The notes beneath the pieces are model-generated. The model worked only from the letters and a program-made list of their open reading frames with translations, had not been told where the DNA came from and did not search any database. DNA of 64,000 nt from Tubulanus polymorphus. Taxonomy: Eukaryota; Animalia; Nemertea. The translations under genes were made by a program, and so were the position numbers. Location of the stretch: contig NC_134026.1 in the NCBI RefSeq assembly GCF_964204645.1, forward strand, positions 331,850-395,849, given 5' to 3'. Each line of letters opens with the position of its first letter. Positions within the stretch are counted from its first letter, which is position 1. Below are positions 24,501 through 37,400 of the stretch, in pieces.

Positions 24501-27500
24501 ACACTCTGTTCAGGGGGTGATATTGAGTGCAGGAGTCTCCTCCTTCCTTCTTCAACTGTCATGTAGAAACGTGACAAACAAACTGAATTTTCAGTGTGGT
24601 ACAACACTGATGACCTCCTTAAATACTGCTGCTTGCTGCTGCGTGTTAATTAATACACTCTGTTATGGGGTGATATTGAGTTTTGGTGAGTTTTGCTCCC
24701 TGATCATCTTTATTGCGACTTTACATTTTAAATGTATGAATATTCAAAACAGCTATCCATCGATAGCTTTGTGGTGGTTGAATCATTGAAATTTTACTGG
24801 TGTTGGTACATTGTATATATTGTAATATATGTCGGTGAAATGGGATTGATCATGTTTCCTGATCATCCGTATTGCGACTTTACGTTTTAAATGTATAAAT
24901 ATTCAAAATAGCTATCCATCGATAGCTTTGTGGTGGTTGAATCATTGAAATGTTACTGGTGTTGGTACATTGTATATATTGTAATATATGTCGGTGAAAT
25001 GGGATTGATCATGTTTCCTGATCATCCTTATTGCGACTTTACGTTTTAAATGTATAAATATTCAAAATAGCTATCCATCGATAGCTTTGTGGTGGTTGAA
25101 TCATTGAAATGTTACTGGTGTTGGTACATTGTATATATTGTAATATATGTCGGTGAAATGGGATTGATCATGTTTCCTGATCGTCCTTATGCGACTTTAC
25201 GTTTTAAATGTATAAATATTCAAAACAGCTATCCATCGATAGCTTTGTGGTGGTTGAATCATTGAAATGTTACTGGTGTTGGTACATTGTATATATTGTA
25301 ATATATGTCGGTGAAATGGGATTGATCATGTTTTGTGATCATCCTTATTGCGACTTAACGTTTTAAATGTATAAATATTCAAAACAGCTATCCATCGATA
25401 GCTTTGTGGTGGTTGAATCTTTGAAATGTCGCTGGTGTTGGTACATTGTATAGATTGTAATATATGTCGGTGAAATGGGATTGATCATGTTTTGTGATCA
25501 TCCTTATTGCGACTTAACTTTTTAAATGTATAAATATTCAAAACAGCTATCCATCGATAGCTTTGTGGTGGTTGAATCTTTGAAATGTCGCTGGTGTTGG
25601 TACATTGTATAGATTGTAATATATGTCAGTGAAATGGGATTGATCATGTTTTGTGATCATCCTTATTGCGACTTTACGTTTTAAATGTATAAATATTCAA
25701 AACAGCTATCCATCGATAGCTTTGTGGTGGTTGAATCATTGAAATAATGCTGGTGTTGGTTCTGTGTATATATTTTGTAATATATGTCGGTGAAATGGGA
25801 TTGATCATGTTTCCTGATCGTCCTTATGCGACTTTACGTTTTAAATGTATAAATATTCAAAACAGCTATCCATCGATAGCTTTGTGGTGGTTGAATCATT
25901 GAAATGTTACTGGTGTTGGTACATTGTATATATTGTAATATATGTCGGTGAAATGGGATTGATCATGTTTTGTGATCATCCTTATTGCGACTTAACGTTT
26001 TAAATGTATAAATATTCAAAACAGCTATCCATCGATAGCTTTGTGGTGGTTGAATCTTTGAAATGTCGCTGGTGTTGGTACATTGTATAGATTGTAATAT
26101 ATGTCGGTGAAATGGGATTGATCATGTTTTGTGATCATCCTTATTGCGACTTAACTTTTTAAATGTATAAATATTCAAAACAGCTATCCATCGATAGCTT
26201 TGTGGTGGTTGAATCTTTGAAATGTCGCTGGTGTTGGTACATTGTATAGATTGTAATATATGTCAGTGAAATGGGATTGATCATGTTTTGTGATCATCCT
26301 TATTGCGACTTTACGTTTTAAATGTATAAATATTCAAAACAGCTATCCATCGATAGCTTTGTGGTGGTTGAATCATTGAAATAATGCTGGTGTTGGTTCT
26401 CTGTGTATACTGTATCAGCAAATATTATCACATTACGCATTTTAAAAGTGTTATACTCAAAGATGCTATTGTTTGATTGCTTCACTTTGGTTCCTTGCAC
26501 CTGAAGGTTGTTAACTGTCATATAGAAACGTGACAAACAAACTGATTTGTCAGTGTGTTACAAGACTGATGACCTCCTTTAATACTGCTGCTTGCTGCTG
26601 CGTGTTAATTAATACACTCTGTTTTGGGGTGATATTAAGTTCAGGAGTCTCCTCTTTCCTTCTTCAACTGTCATGTAGAAACGTGACAAACAAACTGAAT
26701 TGTCAGTGTGTTACATCACTGATGGCCTCCTTTAATACTGCTGCTTGCTGCTGGGTGTTAATTCTTACCACCTTCCATGAACTTCTTGAATTATTACATT
26801 AAACATTATTACAATAAGAATTATTACATTAAACATTATAACATCATGAATCATCCTCCTTAAATACTGCTGCTTGCTGCTGGCTCTGTATTGAGGTGAT
26901 ATTGATCACAGGAGTCTTCTCCTTCCTTCTTCAACTGTCATGTGGAAACGTGACAAATGAACTGAATTGTCAGTGCGTTACAACACTGATGACCTCCTTT
27001 AATACTGCTGCTTGCTGCTGGGTGTAAATTCTTACCACCTTCCATGAACTTCTTGAATTATTACATCAAACATTATTACAATAAGAATTATTACATTAAA
27101 CATTATAACATCATGAATCATCCTCCTCAAATACTGCTGCTTGCTGCTGGCTCTGTTTTGGGGTGATATTGAGTTCAGGAGTCTCCTCCTTCCTTCTTCA
27201 ACTGTCATGTAGAAACATGACAAACGAACTGAATTGTCAGTGTGTTACAACACTGATGGACTCCTTTAATACTGCTGCTTGCTGCTGGGTGTAAATTCTT
27301 ACCACCTTCCATGAACTTCTTGAATTATTACATCAAACATTATTACAATAAGAATTATTACATTAAACATTATAACATCATGAATCATCCTCCTCAAATA
27401 CTGCTGCTTGCTGCTGGCTCTGTTTTGGGGTGATATTGAGTTCAGGAGTCTCCTCCTTCCTTCTTCAACTGTCATGTAGAAATGTGACTAACAATCTGAA

Positions 27501-28385
27501 TTTTCAGTGTGGTACAACACTGATGACCTCCTTAAATACTGCTGCTTGGTGCTGGGTGTTAATTAATACACTCTGTTATGGGGTGATATTGAGTTTTGGC
27601 GAGTTTGCTCCCTGATCGTCCTTATTGCGACTTTACGTTTTAAATGTATAAATATTCAAAACAGCTATCCATCGATAGCTTTGTGGTGGTTGAATCTTTG
27701 AAATTTCGCTGGTGTTGGTACATTGTATATATTGTAATATATGTCGGTGAAATGGGATTGATCATGTTTCCTGATCGTCCTTATTGCGACTTAACGTTTT
27801 AAATGTATAAATATTCAAAGCAGCTATCCATCGATAGCTTTGTGGTTTTTGAATCTTTGAAATGTCGCTGGTGTTGGTTCTGTGTATATATTGTAATATA
27901 TGCCGGTGAATTGGGATTGATTATGTTTCCTGATCGTCCTTATTGCGACTTATTACGTTTTAAATGTATAAATATTCAAAACAGCTATCCATCGATAGCT
28001 TTGTGGTGGTTGAATCATTGAAATGCTACTGGTGTTGGTACATTGTATATATTGTAATATATGTCGGTGAAATGGGATTGATCATGTTTCCTGATCATCC
28101 TTATTGCGACTTTACGTTTTAAATGTATAAATATTCAAAACAGCTATCCATCGATAGCTTTGTGGTGGTTGAATCATTGAAATAATGCTGGTGTGGTTCT
28201 CTGTATATATTGTATCAGCAAATTATTATCACATTACTCATTTTAAAAGTGTTATACTCAAAGATGCTATTGTTTGATAGCTTCACTTTGGTTCCTTGCA
28301 CCTGAAGGTTGTTATCTGTCATATAGAAACGTGACTAATGAACACAATTGTCAGTGTGTTACAACACTGATGACCTCCTTCAATA
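21575..28385. repeat. Composite higher-order satellite (A-block, B-block, linker C) x3; A = 153 bp (267-bp insertion variant), B = ~160 bp, C = ~130 bp
   Basis: A blocks ~21575-22530, 23425-24690, 26530-27600. B blocks ~22555-23290, 24710-26400, 27615-28195. Linker C at ~23290, 26400, 28195. Periods read from GTAGAAACGTGAC (153) and GCTATCCATCGATAGC (159-160). Confidence 0.93.
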
Positions 28386-28784
28386 GGTGTTGATGGAAGT
28401 TACATGTTACAAAACACTGTCGGTAAATCACTGCTAAACAATTGTTTGTGATAAAATTGAAATTTAGTGATCCCTCCCCCTCTTGAATTGTCAAGTTAAT
28501 TGTGACATAAACTGAATTGTAAGTGACTTAAGGCTGGGGTGATATTGAGGTTTAATGCCTTCCCCTCCTTTCCCTTCTTGAATTGACAAGACTGAATTGT
28601 TAGTGACTTGATCATATTACTCCACTTAAGGAGTGATAAAATTGTGGGCGTCTTAACTCTGATGATGAGGTAAACCAGTTTCTAAATCTGTGAGCCGACA
28701 GTGTAAAAAACTGTTAGAATTCAAATTGCTTTAAACATCTTCAGAAAGATGGTTGATCATCGTAAACACTGGTGAAAACAATTT

Positions 28785-28920
28785 ACATCCCAATTTGCAC
28801 CTGACGTCCCAATTTACACTTGACATCCCATTTTGCACTTGACGTCCCACTTTGCATTTGACGTCCAAATTTGCACTTGACGTCCCACTTTGCACTTGAC
28901 GTCCCACTTTGCAGTTGCAC
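28785..28920. repeat. ~19-bp tandem repeat carrying TGACGT (CRE-like core), ~7 copies
   Basis: TTTGCACTTGACGTCCCAC repeated. Confidence 0.8.
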
Positions 28921-30199
28921 CGACGCATCGATTGCACTAAACACTGGCACACCCGCGGGTCCATGCGCATGGTTAACAAATTGATCAGCATGCAGCATGC
29001 CATCTTTGTGTGTGGAAATAATTTACAAACAGCTGTGAGTTTAAAATTAAAGAAGGTATGTTTGTGTCATTTCTTGTACAATCTCCAACAACGATGATGT
29101 AAAGAAAAACATAATGTCCATTTTATTATGTTGTAAAAATGAAAAGTGTTGCATAGTTAAATATTAATGAGTAAAATGAGAGAAAAGAGGAAGAAAGAGA
29201 GTCCCAGAGAGAGAAGCGTTGAATTGGTGTCTGTTGTCAGCAGAGATCGTAGGAAATCTCCACCCCTCAAACAGAAAGTTCAAGATGATACCGAAAGTTT
29301 CTGAGGTTCTGAGAAATTTCGCTAAGTCAAGACTATAAATCAGGTAAAATATATATTGCTATAAATTGTTTTGTAGATAAGAATTGAAATTTCTTTTTTT
29401 AAGAATTATTCATTTTTTGTGTACATTATAGTATTGAGCTTGTGGTTGGCTGTACAATATCAGATGACGGGAAGATCAGATCAGAGATGCTGAACAATTT
29501 CTTCTTTCAGTGTTTGTCTGTAGAAATCGAAGGTATCTGAGGAATCTCCACATCAAACAGAAAGTTCAAGAATTACTAAAAGTTGCTGGAGTTCTGAGCA
29601 CTTTCTTTTTTAAGTCATAAGTCTGAATTGACTATAATCAGGTATAATTGAACTTGATATGAATTTCATTGTAGGAACAGCAGACTTAATGAAGCTGGTT
29701 ACTTTTATTCTATGTATTTCTGTTGTAGCCAGTGGTTTGTCTGTTTGTTGGTTGTTGGTAGAGAGGAAAGGAACACATCGGAGTTCACAAAGCGTTCAGC
29801 AAATTTCTCAAGGTCCAAGTCATGAGTCTGAATTGACTATAAATCAGGTATAATTAAACCCGATATGAATTTCATGGTAGGAACAGCAGACTCAATGAAG
29901 CTGGTTACTTTTATTTCATGTATTTCTGTTGTAGCCAGTGGTTTGTCTGTTTGTTGTGGTCGTTGTTGGTAAAGACATGTAATACTAGAGGAAAGGGAAA
30001 CATCAAAGTTCTGGAAGTGTTGAGCAAATTTCTCCAGGTCGATGTCGTGACTCTGAATTGACTATAAATCAGGTATAGTTGAAATTTATCTTTGGTGAAG
30101 AGTCTTAAAAATGATATCATTATTCATATTTTGTGTTTTGTCATTGTAGTATTGAGCTTGTGGTTGGCTGTAGAACATCAAACGGCAGGAAAAGATCAG

Positions 30200-30505
30200 A
30201 TCAGAGATGCCGACCAATATCTCCATCAATTCGGGACTTTCAGTGATTGTTACCCTCGAGTTAGCGCAGTTCCGTAGATGCTGACCAGTTTCTCCGTCAA
30301 ATTTGGACTTTCAGTGTTTGTTACCGCTAGTTATCGTAGTTCCAGAGATGCCGACCAATTTCTCCGCCAAATTGGGACTTTCAGTGTTTGTTACCACGAG
30401 TTATCATAGTTCCAGAAATGCCGAACAATGTCTCCGTCAAATCAGGACTTTCAGTGTTTGTTACTGCGAGTTAGCCTAGTTCCAGAGATGCCAAACAATT
30501 TCTCT
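30200..30505. repeat. ~70-bp degenerate tandem repeat, ~4.5 copies
   Basis: GGACTTTCAGTGTTTGTTAC...GAGTTA...TAGTTCCAGAGATGCC at ~30234, 30305, 30375 and 30445. Confidence 0.8.
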
Positions 30506-31469
30506 GAGGCTGATGGCTTCAGGGATAGGTTGAATGTAAATACACATTGTACATCTATTGGAAAATAAATATGAACTGATGGTTTGATTGGCTGGTTTGT
30601 TGTTGAATCTGATTGTGGGTTATTAATTACTGATGTGCTGCGACTTAGCGTTTTATATGCATACATTTCAAAGGGCTTCTCTTGTTTTTGTTGTGCTGGT
30701 TAAATTATTTTGTAAATGATAATTGAGGATGTCAAACTTTGGTTTAGAGTTTTGTTACAGTGATGAATGAATGCACTGTATATGTGGAGATTATGTACTT
30801 GTGACTGCGTTTGTTTTTGTAAATACATTTATTTTTTTTTAAATGATTGTTTTTATGTTGCATCTCATTCTGAGGATGTTAAACTCTTAACTCAAGATAC
30901 TCGGTTTGCTCTGGACTTTGATTATTATATTGATGAATACATTGATTTTATGGTGTTTGATTATCTGTTGAACTATTGTTTATGAATACCATTTGAACTA
31001 CTAACCACTAGTTGTTTTAACATCAGTATCATTAATGGTCAGTTGTTCTCTACAAATTATATGTGTTATTATTTCTTTATATAATGTACGGTGGACTCTC
31101 TTAACTAGAATCATTTCAAGTCCAGTCACTTGGAGTAATGATTTTCCAAGCTTACATCAACTTGGACATAAAGACATTGAACTATTGCATTGAAATTCTT
31201 TTATCTGCAGGTGACAATTATCACCTTGTCTTTATTGATTCGAGTTAGTCAAGTCTATTGTACATGGATTCTTTTTTCTCTGGAAGTGAATTAAATGAAA
31301 CGAGACGACAGTTGAACCCCATTAGTACGATTGTGTTTAGGACGAAAACCGTTTATTACGATCAGATTTTCGGCATGTCCCGGCTAATTTACATCGATCC
31401 ATATTTTGATAATACGACAATTTCACTTTCAACAATAAGATTTGTATTTAACTAAGGATCCACTGTAAA

Positions 31470-34400
31470 ACTGGAGTATCCCGGGTTCAAACCCATCAAT
31501 TGCTGTGATTCAGAGTGGTCCTGATGGATAAAGGATGAACAGGGGTATCCCGGGTTCAAACCCATCAATTGCTGTGATTCAGAGTGGTCCTGATGGATAA
31601 AGGGTGAACAGGGGTATCCCGGGTTCAAACCCATCAATTGCTGTGATTCAGAGTGGTCCTGATGGATAAAGGATGAACAGGGGTGTACCGACCGTACAGT
31701 GCTGCCGCTATGCTCATCGTTAGCGGGATTTCCATACACTAACTAAAGTCAACTCTGGCAATCGACGTACTGTCCAGTTGTACTCCGTGACCTTAGCTTG
31801 CCAGAGTTGACTAACGTTAGTGTATAAAAATTCCGCTAACGATGAGCATAGAGGCAGCACCGTACGGTAAAATGTTGATATCTTAACAAAAGTAATTACT
31901 GATACTGATTCAGAGAGGTCCTGATGCTGAATAGAGGATGTACAGGGGTGTCTCGATTTTTAACCCATCAATTGCTGTGATTCAGAGTGGTCCTGATGCT
32001 GAATAGAGGATGTACGGGGGTGTCTCGATTTTTAACACATCAATTGCTGTGATTCAGAGTGGTCCTGATGCTGAATAGAGGATGTGCAGGGGTATCCCGG
32101 GTTCAAACCCATCAATTGCTGTGATTCAGAGTGGTCCTGAGGCTGAATAGAGGATGTACAGGGGTATCCCGGGTTCAAACCCATCAATTGCTGTGATTCA
32201 GAGTGGTCCTGATGAATAAAGGATGAACAGGGGTGTACCGACCGTACAGTGCTGCCGCTATGCTGATCGTTAGCGGGATTTTCATACACTAACTAAAGTC
32301 AACTTTGGCAATCGACGTGCTGTCCAGTTATACTCCGTGACCTTAGCTTGCCAGAGTTGACTAACGTAAGTGTATAAAAATTCCGCTAACGATGAGCATA
32401 GAGGCAGCACCGTACGGTAAAATGTTGATGTCTTAACAAAAGTAATTACTGATACTGATTCAGAGCGGTCCTGATGCTGAATAGAGGATGTACAGGGGTG
32501 TCTCGATTTCTAACCCATCAATTGCTGTGATTCAGAGTGGTCCTGGTGGATAACGGATGTACAGGGGTATCCCGGGTTCAAACCCATCAATTGCTGTGAT
32601 TCAGAGTGGTCCTGATGCTGAATAGAGGATGAACAGGGGTATCGCGTGTTCAAACCCATCAATTGCTGTGATTCAGAGTGGTCCTGGTGGATAAAAGATG
32701 TACAGGGGTGTCCCGGGTTCAAACCCATCAATTGCTATGATTCAGAGTGGTCCTGATGCTGAATAGAGGATGTACGGGGGTGTCTCGGGTTCAAACCCAG
32801 TAATTACTGATACTGATTCAGAGTGGTCCTGATGCTGAATAGAGGATGAACAGGGGTGTCTCGATTTCTAACCCATCAATTGCTATGATTCAGAGTGGTC
32901 CTGGTTGATAACGGATGTGCAAGGGTATCCCGTGTTCAAACCCATAAATTGCTGTGATTCAGAGTTGTCCTGATGGATAAAGGATGTACAGGGGTATCCC
33001 GGGTTCAAACCCATCAATTGCTGTGATTCAGAGTGGTCTTGATGGATAAAGGATGAATAGGGGTGTACCGACCGTACAGTGCTGCCGCTATGCTCATCGT
33101 TAGCGGGATTTTCATACACTAACTAAAGTCAACTCTTGCAATCGACGTGCTGCCGAGTTGTACTCCGTGACCTTAGCTTGCCAGGGTTGACTAACGTTAG
33201 TGTATAAAAATTCCGCTAACGATGAGTATAGAGGCAGCACCGTACGGTAAAATGTTGATAACTGATTCAGAGCGGTACTGATGCTGAATAGAGGATGTAC
33301 AGGGGTGTCCCGTGTTCAAACCCATCAATTGCTGTGATTCAGAGTGGTCCTGATGGATAGAGGATGTACAGGGTTATCCCGGGTTCAAACCCATCAATCG
33401 CTGTGATTAAGAGTGGTCCTGATGGATAAAGGATTAACAGGGGTATCCCAGGTTCAAACCCATCAATTGCTGTGATTCAGAGTGGTCCTGATGCTGAATA
33501 GAGGATGTACGGGGGTATCCCGGGTTCAAACCCATCAATTGCTGTGATTCAGAGTTGTCCTGATGGATAAAGGATGTACAGGGTTATCATGGGTTCAAAC
33601 CCATCAATTGATGTGATTCAGAGTGGTCCTGATGCTGAATAGAGGATGTACGGGGGTATCCCGGGTTCAAACTCATCAATTGATGTGATTCAGAGTGGTC
33701 CTGATGCTGAATAGAGGATGTACGGGGGTATCCCGGGTTCAAACCCATCAATGGCTGTGATTCAGAGTGGTCCTGATGGATAAGGGTTTAACAGGGGTAT
33801 CCCAGGTTCAAACCCATCAATTGCTGTGATTCAGAGTGGTCCTGATGCTGAATAGAGGATGTACGGGGGTATCCCGGGTTCAAACCCATCAATTGCTGTG
33901 ATTCAGAGTTGTCCTGATGGATAAAGGATGTACAGGGGTATCTCGGGTTCAAACCCATCAATTTCTGTGATTCAGAGTGGTCCTGATGCTGAATAGAGGA
34001 TGAACAGGGGTATCCCGGGTTCAAACCCATCAATTGCTGTGATTCAGAGTGGTCCTGAGGCTGAATAGAGGATGTGCAGGGGTATCCCGTGTTCAAACCC
34101 ATCAATTGCTGTGATTCAGAGTTGTCCTGATGGATAAAGGATGAACAGGGGTGTACCGACCGTACAGTGCTGCCGCTATGCTCATCGTTAGCGGGATTTT
34201 CATACACTGACTAAAGTCAACTCTGGCAATCGACGTGCTGTCCAGTTATACTTCCGTGACCTTAGCTTGCCAGAGTTGACTAACGTTAGTGTATAAAAAT
34301 TCCTCTAACGATGAGCATAGAGGCAGCACCATACGGTAAAATGTTGATAACTGATTCAGAGTGGTCCTGATGCTGAATAGAGGATGTACGGGGGTGTCTC

Positions 34401-37400
34401 TGGTTCAAACCCTTCAATTGCTGTGATTCAGAGTGGACCTGATGCTGAATAGAGGATGTACGGGGGTGTCTCGGGTTCAAACCCATCAATTGCTGTGATT
34501 CAGAGTGGTCCTGATGGATAAAGGATGTACAGGGGTGTCCCGACCGTACAGTGCTGCCGCTATGCTCATCGTTAGCGGGATTTTCATACACTAACTAAAG
34601 TCAACTCTTGCAATCGACGTGCTGCCGAGTTGTACTCCGTGACCTTAGCTTGCCAGGGTTGACTAACGTTAGTGTATAAAAATTCCGCTAACGATGAGTA
34701 TAGAGGCAGCACCGTACGGTAAAATGTTGATAACTGATTCAGAGCGGTACTGATGCTGAATAGAGGATGTACAGGGGTGTCCCGTGTTCAAACCCATCAA
34801 TTGCTGTGATTCAGAGTGGTCCTGATGGATAGAGGATGTACGAGGGTGTCCCGTGTTCAAACCCATCAATTGCTATGATTCAGAGTGGTCCTGATGCTGA
34901 ATAGAGGATGTACAGGGGTGTCTCGGGTTTAAACCCAGTAATTACTGATACTGATTCAGAGAGGTCCTGATGTTGAATAGAGGATGTACAGGGTTATCCC
35001 GGGTTCAAACCCATCAATTGCTGTGATTCAGAGTGGTCCTGATGCTGAATAGAGGATGTACGGGGGTATCCCGGGTTCAAACCCATCAATTGCTGTGATT
35101 CAGAGTTGTCCTGATGGATAAAGGATGTACAGGGGGTATCTCGGGTTCAAACCCATCAATTGCTGTGATTCAGAGTGGTCCTGATGCTGAATAGAGGATG
35201 TACGGGGGTGTCCCGGGTTCAAACCCATCAATTGCTTTGATTCAGAGTTGTCCTGATGGATAAAGGATGTACAGGGGTATCCCGGGTTCAAACCCATCAA
35301 TTTCTGTGATTCAGAGTGGTCCTGATGCTGAATAGAGGATGAACAGGGGTATCCCGGGTTCAAACCCATCAATTGCTGTGATTCAGAGTGGTCCTGAGGC
35401 TGAATAGAGGATGTGCAGGGGTATCCCGTGTTCAAACCCATCAATTGCTGTGATTTAGAGTGGTCCTGATGGATAAAGGATGAACAGGGGTGTACCGACC
35501 GTACAGTGCTGCCGCTATGCTCATCGTTAGCGGGATTTCCATACACTAACTAAAGTCAACTCTGGCAATCGACGTGCTGTCCAGTTGTACTCCGTGACCT
35601 TAGCTTGCCAGAGTTGACTAACGTTAGTGTATAAAAATTCCTCTAACGATGAGCATAGAGGCAGCACCGTACGGTAAAATGTTGATAACTGATTCAGAGC
35701 GGTACTGATGCTGAATAGAGGATGTACAGGGGTATCCCGTGTTCAAACCCATCAATTGCTGTGATTCAGAGTGGTCCTGATGCTGAATAGAGGATGTACA
35801 GGGGTATCCCGGGTTCAAACCCATCAATTTCTGTGATTCAGAGTGGTCCTGATGCTGAATAGAGGATGAACAGGGGTATCCCGGGTTCAAACCCATCAAT
35901 TGCTGTGATTCAGAGTGGTCCTGAGGCTGAATAGAGGATGTGCAGGGGTATCCCGTGTTCAAACCCATCAATTGCTGTGATTTAGAGTGGTCCTGATGGA
36001 TAAAGGATGAACAGGGGTGTACCGACCGTACAGTGCTGCCGCTATGCTCATCGTTAGCGGGATTTCCATACACTAACTAAAGTCAACTCTGGCAATCGAC
36101 GTGCTGTCCAGTTGTACTCCGTGACCTTAGCTTGCCAGAGTTGACTAACGTTAGTGTATAAAAATTCCTCTAACGATGAGCATAGAGGCAGCACCGTACG
36201 GTAAAATGTTGATAACTGATTCAGAGCGGTACTGATGCTGAATAGAGGATGTACAGGGGTATCCCGTGTTCAAACCCATCAATTGCTGTGATTCAGAGTG
36301 GTCCTGATGCTGAATAGAGGATGTACAGGGGTATCCCGGGTTCAAACCCATCAATTGCTGTGATTCAGAGTGGTCCTGATGGATAAAGGATTAACAGGGG
36401 TATCCCAGGTTCAAACCCATCAATTGCTGTGATTCAGAGTGGTCCTGATGCTGAATAGAGGATGTACGGGGGTATCCCGGGTTCAAACCCATCAATTGCT
36501 GTGATTCAGAGTGGTCCTGATGGATAAAGGATTAACAGGGGTATCCCAGGTTCAAACCCATCAATTGCTGTGATTCAGAGTGGTTCTGATGCTGAATAGA
36601 GGATGAACAGGGGTATCCCGGGTTCAAACCCATCAATTGCTGTGATTTAGAGTGGTCCTGATGGATAAAGGATGAACAGGGGTGTACCGACCGTACAGTG
36701 CTGCCGCTATGCTCATCGTTAGCGGGATTTCCATACACTAACTAAAGTCAACTCTGGCAATCGACGTGCTGTCCAGTTGTACTCCGTGACCTTAGCTTGC
36801 CAGAGTTGACTAACGTTAGTGTATAAAAATTCCTCTAACGATGAGCATAGAGGCAGCACCGTACGGTAAAATGTTGATAACTGATTCAGAGCGGTACTGA
36901 TGCTGAATAGAGGATGTACAGGGGTATCCCGTGTTCAAACCCATCAATTGCTGTGATTCAGAGTGGTCCTGATGCTGAATAGAGGATGTACAGGGGTATC
37001 CCGGGTTCAAACCCATCAATTGCTGTGATTCAGAGTGGTCCTGGTGCTGAATAGAGGATGTACAGGGGTGTCCCGTGTTCAAACCCATCAATTGCTGTGA
37101 TTCAGATTGGTCCTGATGGATAGAGGATGTACGGGGGTGTCCCGTGTTCAAACCCATCAATTGCTGTGATTCAGAGTGGACCTGATGCTGAATAGAGGAT
37201 GTACGGGGGTGTCTCGGGTTCAAACCTATCAATTGCTGTGATTCAGAGTGGTCCTGATGGATAAAGGATGTACAGGGGTTTCCCGACCGTACAGTGCTGC
37301 CGCTATGCTCATCGTTAGCGGGATTTTCATACACTAACTAAAGTCAACTCTTGCAATCGACGTGCTGCCGAGTTGTACTCCGTGACCTTAGCTTGCCAGG

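Noticed and set aside
21579-28021. Cys-rich ORFs (NTAACCWVLI...) in the 153-bp repeat
   Set aside because: By-product of a 153-bp period. Frameshifts and stops differ between copies and no splice structure is evident.
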